Shown here: positions 54,601-64,000 of the stretch, one piece after another | How the letters are laid out: every line of letters begins with the position of its first letter | Numbering within the stretch: position 1 is the first letter of the stretch | Source of the DNA: Novakomyces olei | Lineage: Eukaryota | DNA: 64,000 bases | Assembly (NCBI GenBank): GCA_016906335.1 | Contig: JADEYG010000002.1 | Coordinates: 1,240,001-1,304,000, forward strand | Direction: 5' to 3' | Notes under the pieces: generated by a model | Database searches by the model: none | What the model was told of the DNA's origin: nothing | The model's input: the letters and a program-made list of their open reading frames with translations, nothing else | Position numbers and translations under genes: made by a program

Positions 54601-55496
54601 GTCAATGGCCACGCGCACGTGGTAGGGGACATCATATTCCCGGATATCAATAATATTTTCCAGCTGGCCGGTGCCGGCGGCTGTTTTATTGTCGACACTG
54701 AACAATTAGCCCCCAACATGATGCAACCAAAATTAATAAAAGGTAATTAAAAAAAAAAAGTATTTAACGAGACGTACCTTATCGAATTTGCATAAACGTC
54801 AAGAGCCGTTTGCTTTGCCTTGTACGATTCCACAAGCGGTAACAGCACGCGACGGACGGCAATAAGATCCGTCGTATTACGGAAGCTTATCTTTATAAAC
54901 GTGCGTTGCCGAACTACAAGATGGTTGGCCTGGGAACGGATTAGTTGATTATTCACCATCAGCACCTGTTACCATATCCAAATCCCGCTTTTCCACTTTT
55001 TTCAGCCGCACGATTAGGCCCTGGAACACACGACGCAGGCTCTCTTCTACTTCTGCCTCATGTCCCGGCTGGTGATTAGAACTTGGTCACAGATACAACA
55101 GCATACTTTTGCCGCCACGAAAAAATAGGGCTCGTAGAGTATGCAAGCAAGGAACCCCGAACCGTCGTCAGTGAGAAAGTAATAGTTAACGGCTGCCTTT
55201 TCCACGTTTGTCTCCTCGTCTAAAACTAGAGTCTAGGCTTGTTAATTATTTGTAAAACAATTACATTCAAACAATACCGAATGCATATTAATGAGCCAGC
55301 CGTCTCGAGCTGGACCTGATTCGAATCGTTTGAAATCCATTCGCTCGTCTATACGCTGTGCAAAGGCAATACGCTCGAACCGCTCATCGCGATTAGTGCG
55401 CTCCGTTGCCGCAGAGACAGTATCTCTGTGCGGCTTTCGAAAGTGAGCGGCACCGCCGCCACCTGCGTTCCGTGACGGCGGAATGCCAAATACCAT
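48676..55496 (-). CDS. POL2: DNA polymerase epsilon catalytic subunit, spliced at the 5' end
   Basis: Exonuclease FDIETTK.PLKFP; YHLDVASMYPNI, QLAHKVILNSFYGY, ELDTDG, ELKGFEVKRRGEL; CysX and two C-terminal Cys clusters. Confidence 0.98.
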
Positions 55497-55513
55497 CTTG
55501 CAATTGCCGGCCG

Positions 55514-55597
55514 ACGCGTGCACGCGTTCGCGTTTAATTTGCAATAATTAATTAATAAACCATAAAACATCCAATAATTAATACAATATTTACGCGT
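55514..55597. promoter_or_regulatory. MCB (ACGCGT) cluster upstream of POL2
   Basis: ACGCGT at 55514, 55522 and 55592 plus TCGCGT at 55528, all within about 100 bp of the POL2 ATG. Confidence 0.75.
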
Positions 55598-55919
55598 TAC
55601 TGGCTACATATATAGTCACGGGGCCCGTCCTATTATAAGGCCACTAGACAAATTCGCTCTTGCAGGCTTCGAGCATCGTCTTTTATCAGTAATTTCCATG
55701 ATTATCTGCACAATGTGAACCATACATTATTCTTTTTATTATCCTCTTATTATTCGTTCGTATCCTCTTATTATCCTCTTTTATTATTTGTATAAAAAAG
55801 AAAAGTAAGTCTACTCCTCCCTCATATACTTGGTTTTTATACATATTTATTCCACATACTCGTGTGTATTTTCCATATATATATTTCGACGGCCGCGGCA
55901 GCTAAGAGTTTCGTGTGTT

Positions 55920-58598
55920 ATGGTCGTATCACAAGGTAAGAAGCTAAAATATCAGTATTCCTTTATAGAAAAGATGCAAAAGAACGGCCGTATTTAAATT
56001 TATTTTCGTGTGGTCGAAGGAGCAGTATGACACACGTTATCATTTTGCCAACCTCTAATTTCAATGATTGATCTCTTTTGTTTTTTTCCTTCGCCTACCG
56101 CCTATTGTTCGTCTTGAACTAAAATCCAAGCAGCCGAAACGGCCAACGGCGTTCCTTCGCCAAAGCTGTTGCTTGACAGTCATCGCCGGCGTCTGCGTAA
56201 AAGCGAGACTTTAGAGCGGGAGCAGGCGGTGGCCACGAGAGCGGCACTGCGAGCTCTTAATGTTGAGGATGACAGTAGCGGTACAGCGATCGAGCCTTCA
56301 CGGATAGACGAGGCCGAGTTTCGACGCGTTGTGGACCAACTGTCTTCAGTGCTAGTTGCGTATGTTTATCTTTTTTTTTTCCTTTTTTTCTTTTTTTTTT
56401 TTTTTTTTTTTTCTTATAAACGCTGACTTTTCGCAGATGGGACTATGGCCGTTCTGTGCTAGATACTCGTCCAAATGATACGATTGACACCTCAGAGCCT
56501 GCTACGACCAATGGAACAGATGCTAAGGCTTTGGATGCCTCAGAGGCAAAGGAGGGTGCAAATGAGGGAGGCATAGATGGGGACAGTAATGTAAATAACG
56601 GAGAAGAGACGGTGAGCAATGCAGAAGCAGAACCGTTGAAGGAACGGAAGCCTGCTTATTCGATGCGTTCAAGGTTGAATAAATTGGATCATCAGTCAAG
56701 CCTTGAACCTGATCGGAATGGTCCCCTTGGCACAGATGAGACGGGAGAGGAAAATGGAACTGTGCAAGGGGCAATCGAAAACGTTTCAGAAAATGAAAAG
56801 CAAAGGAGTTTTCGAAATGGTGCTCTGAAGGAGGGTTTTGACGATTCGAATAAAGATTCAGACTTGCAGTCAAAAGGCTTAGACGAAAAAGCTGAAAATG
56901 TAACAGTGGCGTCTCAATCAGAAGTCAAAATAGATTCAAAAGAGCATCCTCTGCCCAAACAAGAGGACCGTATTGGATCGGACGAAAGGGAAGACAGAAC
57001 CATTTTAGAAAAATTGCAAGCTTTTGCTTATGACTCGTTATCTGCAGTGGAACAAGACATTACGACAGCGTGCCGCTTGCTGCTTGAAACAGCCACTCAA
57101 AAGGAAGCTACTGGTATTATGAATTTCCATGCTTTTGCGTGTAAACTGCTGCGAAAGCGTACAGAGAAATACGGTTCTTATTTACCCGGTGCCGCCGGGT
57201 CAGATAAGGAGGTCTATGCAAAAGAACTAATACGTATGTGGCGTTCAAGTCTATTCTGATGTTGTTGTCATTTTGGCTTCCTTTTATTTATGTTCAATCT
57301 GTCACCATTTACCGAATAAGCCGGTTAGATGATGCCTCTTGATTATTCTCACTCTGCTTTTTGTTTTTTCTTTTTTTTTTTTTTTTCTGATCTTTATTTT
57401 AATTTCTTTTTTTTCTTTCCTGTTTTGTTATAAAATGTGCTATAATCTAAACAATCTATATTAACCGAATATAGCACCCAAGCGACCAGCAGAGAGCCGA
57501 GCCCTTATCTATATTGGTGCAAGTGGCCCGCTGTTTAGCAGTTTATCTCGTCAACCTCTGCTTGACTCCCGACGGCTGGAAACAGGTCCCGCCCATTTGG
57601 TCCGTATAGTCCCCACCCAAGGTAACGCGGCACCCCGGCGATTAAAAGCTCTGGAAACTGAAAACAATGCCGCTCTCAAAAGCGAGAACAAGTCCACGCT
57701 CGACCCAACGATTACACTGGTAGACGAGTACCCCGAGTCTCTGCATGCAATTAAACGGGAAACTCCGTCGGACGCAACAATCGACTCTGAAAATGCCTTT
57801 TATTCTCTGACAGACTTTGAAACTCTGCAAGCGTACGAGAAAAGTAAACGCCGACGACTTGAATCCCTAAAGAATTTGGATTTGGGATCAACAAGCAATA
57901 CTGCGAGCAGCACTACAAGCAATGGCAAAGCAACCGATATTGACGAGGAGCTGATAATGTCATTTGCCCACGACCATTCAGTATCTGAGCCTGTGGGCAA
58001 TTCGTCACCAGCAAATACTAGCAGCTCGGAACAGATCGCTATTGGGCAAGCAATTGTTCGACTGCAGCAGTTACAGCAAGCACGCATACTAAGCGACGCT
58101 TATGAGCAGCCAAGCGTAGACGAAATTGAGCAGGCTCGACGGGTCGAAGCGCTGATCTACCAGTCCGTTTGCAGGCACAATGTACGGCCGTGTGATCTCG
58201 TTGATCCTTGCAGACCAGATGAGCTTTTACTGCCTCACCGAACTGCCTCGTACCGTGGGACACAGCCTGTTGTCAGGACGCCTAACGATGGTAATTCCAG
58301 CATCAATACTCCGGCTCCGGCTCCTTCTTCTTCCGTCTACGCCTCGAGGCAGCTTCATCATAGCAACATTGGTGATAGAACTGGCGGCAGTTCTGCTTAT
58401 CGGCCAGCTGCTGCCAGAGTACACTCTCACTATCCTTCGACTGTGGGTTATGGAACCCCTTCGACCCCTCTATCCTCGTTCCAACGTCGACCTGCCGATC
58501 AGAGTCCTTATACCTCGTCTCCGCCAGTTTTTGGTCGCCCTATGCAAAGAAGGCAGTTTGCTGCCTCTGAGCCAGTGCTGACAAGGGCGAGACGATGA
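55920..58598 (+). CDS. Four-exon protein, probable RSC subunit Rsc58-like
   Basis: Exons join in frame through canonical introns (55936-56133, 56360-56437, about 57234-57474). ILEKL...Y.SL..VE.DI..AC...NFHAFACKLL and GPLFSSL....LDSR resemble Rsc58 as I recall it. Confidence 0.55.
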
Positions 58599-58966
58599 GT
58601 ATGTATATAGAAAGTACTATCAAAGGACGATAATTTGGGGAATAGAGCGGTTTGAGCGGATTGTAAATATTGTGGATAATCACTAATATAATGGGGCTGA
58701 CTCGGGTAAACCATTGTGCCATTCTGAATTCTTTTGTTGTATAAAGTTTTATATTCCAGTGATGAATGGTAAATGATTGATTTATTCCATAAAATTGCTG
58801 TAGCTAATTAGGTGTATTTTATACTGTAGCTTTTTTATACGTAGTTTTTAATCTGTGAATTTTTATTTATAGAGTCGGCTATTATAGTCTAGAATATTCA
58901 TAAATGATAACCAAATTGTCTTTACCCCAGCACGTTAAGACGTTAATGAAATAGCCAGCAAATGCC

Positions 58967-59934
58967 TCAAACGACGGACCCGAAAGATCTTGCATTAGAA
59001 ACTGAAGCCGGCGAATTGCTCCTCAAGTACTGCAGAGCATTTGCAAAACTGGACGATGAAGTTACCGGCAGAGAAGAGTCTCCGCTATATCTTTCCCGCT
59101 CTCGTGTGTGAGAAGCTCTACGAGCAGAAGGCGGAACCAGTTCAGCCACTGCTGTACTGCTATGAGGCCGAACGAGTTCAGACACATTGTCGACTGCCTG
59201 TGTAATGCTGTCCAAAAAATGGGAATGCCCACCGACCAAATCAAACAGGCCAGACCGTTCAAACAAGGGCCATACGTTGGGCAAATTGCGTCTAACCCTG
59301 ATAAAGTAGACACTACAGCCCTGGGCAATATACCTGTGGACGATCTCATACAATATCTGCATGGCTGCTGCATCAATGGCAGTTACGCCTTTCAAGTCAA
59401 AAATAACTTGAGAAAATGGTTGCTCGCAAACCGGTTCTTCCGCCGGGTGGGCATGGGGATGGCGGTAGAGTTCGAGCCGGCGCAGCCTGTCTTTTAGCTG
59501 TCCCGTGTTTGCAAAAAACAGGGGCTCTGGTACTTTGACGATAAAAAAATCGTCCAAGTATTCGGTTTCTGTCAAATGCTCCTCAGCAGGAAGATAGACG
59601 TCCAGTGTGCCTTTTTTCCGGCCTAGTATAGTGATCCTGGGTTGCGTTGAATGCTGCACTACAAACAGGATAGACAGGGCAACGCCTACCATAATACCAG
59701 AGTCTAAACTGACAAAAATTGTGAGCAGTGAAACGACAGTCATCAGTTGAATATCGCGCCATCCACGTACGCGAATATAGTCTAGAATGTTAGATAGGAA
59801 GGGAAGTTGAAGAAAAATAGGAAAAGTACAAAAACTATTGAAATAAATGATTTTTTTGAAAACAAGTGCAAAAGAGATTTTCAAAATTCTTTAAAAAACA
59901 TTCTTTGCCAAAAAGACTGTAGAATATATCAATC

Positions 59935-59981
<47 letters not shown>

Positions 59982-61433
59982 AAATTGGCCAGCATACATT
60001 TCAAATCGTGTGGCAATTCGGCAATTAAATCCACAGCTACTGACGATATCACAGCGGAAAGCACACATTTCGGCAAGTAGTATAGAAAAGTCATGAGGAA
60101 GCGCGCACATAAGGCACATATAATAACGAAAATCAGAGTGGCCATTTGCGAATGAGCTCCAGCAGCACTCATTACTTTGCTCCGGCCGTAGCTCCCAAAA
60201 ATAGGAAGCGAGCCAAACAGGCTCCCAAACAAATTTGCCGCGCCTAAATGTGAGAATGGTCCGTTAATTAATAATTGTATATCGAGCCTTTAATCCAGAA
60301 TTTCTGAATAATACTCGGTATTCGTGCTTACCAAATGCAACGAGTTCGCGATTAGCACTGACCGAGTAATTGTACTTTGAAGACAGAGCCTTTGCAGCAA
60401 CAACCGAATCAAAAAATCCTAAAATTGCGCATAAGAGAGCAGTTGTAAATGATTTCTGCACATAATCAACGGCAGTAAACGGCAGCCGTGGTTGCGGGAT
60501 AGAAGTCTTCACTGCGCCCAAAACATCGACCCCGAGCAAATCCCAATCAAAGTAATCTGTGAGGAAAGTGGCAACTACAATGCAGATTAGCAAGTCAGGG
60601 AAAAGTAGGGCCCAAGGATGACGAGCCGCTAACCTCTTCTTTGCCATCCGAAGAATCAAAAGCGCGGCAAAAACGGTCACTGAAATTGCAGCAGTAAGAT
60701 TATGCATCTGTGAGGCGTGCCGTAGAGCCCAGGCAATTTTACTAAAAGGTGTGGACATGGCCTCTTGATCATGCTGAGCCAATTCTGCCAGGCCGAGTTC
60801 CGGGATAAGCTGATCCCCAATGATCACAAACGCTACGGCCGACACAAAGCCGCGTAAAAGAGCTCTCGAAAAAACGCTATCGAGAAACCCAAGGCGGAGT
60901 ATACCCGCAATCGTGATGGAAAACCCGATAATAAAAGTAGTGGCTGCCACCATTGCCATAGCCTGAGCCGTGTCGTAATGCTTCCCCAACTGTATCCGCA
61001 GCATTTCGCCCATGATGATAGAGAGTGAGGCTTCCGGGCCCACTTGCATATGCCGGCAGGATCCAAGGACGACGTAGACCAGAGGCGGCAGGGTTATGGA
61101 AAGCAGGCCGCATATTGCGGGGACTTTGGCCAGGCTCTCTGCGTAAGAAAGTGAGGCGGGTATCAGCACCATGGAAATGGTAAGGCCGCCTAACAAGTCG
61201 CCCAGTAAGAACCGGCCTGTTCCTGGTTAGCTGCTGTGTAGAAAAAGATGAGTATAGGATGGAAGCATACGCTGATAAGAAGGCAGCCAGTCAAACAGCG
61301 GCACATAGTATTTGAGCAATTTGCTGAGCGGCGGCTTCCGTCCCAGCAGAAACGCGTCCGGCTTGTTGCCCTCGTCGTTGTCATTGCGCAGCAACGGCTG
61401 AGATTCTTGGTGGGAGCCGGCAGTCACCGCCAT
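58967..61433 (-). CDS. SulP/SLC26 anion transporter with STAS domain (YPR003C-like), spliced
   Basis: YYVP..DWL.SY, DLLGGLT, GPEASLS, LRLGFLD.VFSRALLRGF, SANRELVAFG, STAS motif PEPLFFANTGQLKDRLRR..IFDL.GVT.ID; N-terminal ESQPLL dileucine motif. Confidence 0.93.
59936..59974. repeat. (TA)n microsatellite in a SulP intron
   Basis: Read directly. Confidence 0.95.
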
Positions 61434-61783
61434 TCCTCAGTACGCGTCCATGTACAGATCTGACCAGAGTACCGCTAATCTTGTCCAACAAGTTGCCGCC
61501 CGTTCTATAGAGGACTGTGTATTGCACAGTGTAGGGCACAGTACAGTGCACACGAGGCGGTTTGGCAGTCTGACTCTACCAAAACTGGCCTCGTTCCATT
61601 GCACGTGTGCCGTATATATCGGTTGCTTGCTCCCTCAACGGGCCCCGTGGCCGTTTAATTGGCATTGCTTATCAGATGGCTGTAATATTACTGGGGCACG
61701 TTTCCCCGGTCAGGCAGACTATTCGTCTGTATGGCACGATTCTTATAGGAACGGGAGCGTTGGATTGGTCATTGTCTTTACGT

Positions 61784-61840
61784 ACGTACGCTACATACTC
61801 TACGTACGCTACATACTCTACGTACGCTACATACTCTACA
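61784..61840. repeat. 18-bp tandem triplication (TACGTACGCTACATACTC)x3
   Basis: Read directly in the divergent promoter between SulP and the CM1 gene. Confidence 0.9.
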
Positions 61841-62250
61841 CGACAAGTAATGTCCGTTTGGCAATAGCAACATGAGAATGACCCTAACAAGCAACGTTCA
61901 AAGCTATATTGCTTGCCAGTAATAGCACAACGCGCTATAGTAAACAAACGAAAACAAACAGACGCGCCAAAATTGCCAGTTTCGCGACATTAACAATTCA
62001 CACTATTCAGCTCTGCGCATGAGCAGTCTCAGACAGGCGGCTTTATAATCTCAGTATAGGTGAGGAGACTTTTTTGTCGTCTTTAGAACTCTGTTGCTCG
62101 TTCAGTATAGTTGCGTTGCCGCGCAACCCTTGTTGCGGCCGCGATCTGCCGGCGCAACAGTGATAATATCAGCACCGTCGACGAGGCAGCCGGCTGTGCT
62201 CCTCCCTTGAACGAGTGCAGGACTGATAGAGGCTGTGCTTGAACGACGCT

Positions 62251-64000
62251 ATGGCTCCCGGAGCCGAGTTGTACAAGATCGATTCTCCTGTGCCAAGGCG
62301 CGATGCGACAATGGAAAACACGGAACGAAACGAACGACTGAGCCTGGCTTCCCTTGAGCCGTCATTCACGTCGCCGGGCAAGCAAGGGCACCCGGGGTTC
62401 ACAAACAGGCCTATCAATACGCCTGCGCCCAATTGGCGGCAAGCTCACGAAAAGGGAGCTGGTACCAGTGCCAAAGAATTCACGCCTATTATGCGGACTT
62501 CCAAGAAAGCAGCTGCTCCAATCGCACGGCCGTCGCCGTTACGCAATATGCTCAATACGCCATCCAGTGGATCCTCTGTAACAGACGAGAACTCTCCAAG
62601 CGGTCGGTCATTTGTACCAGGCAGTAAAAGGGGCGCAGTTGATGGCAATGGATCTGGAGACCCGTCCCAGAATTCTTCTCCCGTTCCCGCCATGATGCAG
62701 GGTTTGACTTTGAAGCAAGAGGAAAAGCGCAAAGACGATTTGGAGAAGGAGAACTTTGATTTGAGAATACGGATCTATTTTCTGGAGAACGAAAAGGGTC
62801 TCAACTCGGACCCGGAAAAGCGAGCAGTAAGTCTCCCCTACATCTAGCCAGCCTTTCATGTTTTGCTTATATTTATTGACTTGCAGCTTTTGAATGAAAT
62901 CGAGTCTAAAGTCGACCTGTTTTCGCAAGCTAAAAGGGCCCATAAAGATACTATCAAAGCACAAAAGGAAATTGCAGAAATACGGAAAGTGAATGCGGAA
63001 CAAGAGGCAAATCTTGGTATTGCGTCAGCGGAAATTACACGGTACAAATCACAAATACAGTCGCTTGAGGCTGACCTTGACCTTGCGCGTCGGGAAAACG
63101 CCGATGTAAAAGAGCAATTGGAGGCTCTGCAAAGCAAACTCGATCAGTTGGAAAATAAAAGCTCGGATTCCGATGGCAGCGCGGTGGTAGAAAAACTGCG
63201 GGCGGATGTTGAAGATTTGGAGGTTGAAAATCGCACAAAGCAGAGAATAATTGATGAAAACGAAGAGCAAATTGAGGCTTTGAACACTGCGCTTAATGAC
63301 TTGAGACAGCAACACTCGGAGCTGGAGGAGGAAATTGATAGGCTTCAAGTCAACAGGAGCGTGAGCATATCTCGGGCGGGCGCTGACGAGGCGCAGCTTA
63401 AACAGGCCCGGGAAAAGATTGCCGAGCTGGAAACGAATGCATTGAAGCTCGAATCAGAGAATCGGCTTCTGCAATCACGTACAGTGCTAGCTAGTCCCTC
63501 TAAGCGGGAAACTTCGCACTATACAGCTTCTATTGAAGCGGAGCGCAAGATTATGGATCTTCAAGATGAAATCCAGCGGCAAAAGCAGAGTTGCGAGATT
63601 GCCTCTTACAATCTGGCGGAGGAAGCGCGAAAGGCCCATGAGTTTGAGAGCCAATTAAGAGAGTGTAAAGTGGAAAGAGATGTTGTATTACGACGGCAAA
63701 GAGAAGCAGAGCACAAACTCGCCGAAGCACAGGCTGCTCATGTAGAAGCTTTGGATGCTTTGAAGCGTGAAATTGAAACGTTAAGTATGGAGAAAGGATC
63801 GTTTGAAAAGCGACTTGAGAATGCAAACAGAGAAATTGAGCAACTAAATAAGCTGGTAGTCCACGCTGGGCCAGAGAGTGCAGCACAGTCGACCTCGCAG
63901 GCTGTGGAGTTGCAGCATTTGAGATCTAAAACTAGTCTATTGCAGGACGAAGTTGATATGCTTAATGGTAAACTGAAGCAGACAATGGAAGAGCTGCATG
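62251..64000 (+). CDS. Centrosomin-motif-1 coiled-coil MTOC/SPB protein (Pcp1/Mto1/ApsB family), partial at window end; start uncertain
   Basis: CM1 motif LTLKQEEKRKDDLEKENFDLRIRIYFLE, then an intron at about 62827-62886 and a long open E/K/L/Q-rich heptad frame to the window end. Confidence 0.8.

Overview
Gene-dense eukaryotic DNA from an ascomycete fungus. Very short GT-AG introns with CTRAY branch sites and S. pombe-like proteins suggest Taphrinomycotina, but that placement is inference. The standard code applies: CTG sits at a conserved Leu in the Pol2 'LQLAHK' motif. About 23 mostly intron-containing housekeeping genes are recognisable: U2A'/Lea1 (3' end), GGA, Kha1, GPI-anchored GH17 glucanase, Sro7/tomosyn, Ppx1, Bck1/Mkh1, CaM kinase, Nop9, mitochondrial IF2, Tsr4, VanZ-like, metacaspase, delta8-sphingolipid desaturase, Pse1, Cox20-like, Sec7-PH GEF, Gpi2, Cct7, Pol2, Rsc58-like, SulP and a partial CM1-motif coiled-coil MTOC protein. 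The only accessory locus is a multiply disrupted HNH-endonuclease pseudogene at 43.7-44.55 kb. Non-coding DNA carries long AT-rich satellites at gene boundaries and in introns, recurrent (TTAGGG)2 boxes, and an MCB cluster upstream of POL2. I see no convincing new multi-gene system, tRNA/rRNA or intact transposon. Gene names come from motif recognition without database searches. Spliced CDS coordinates are whole gene spans.
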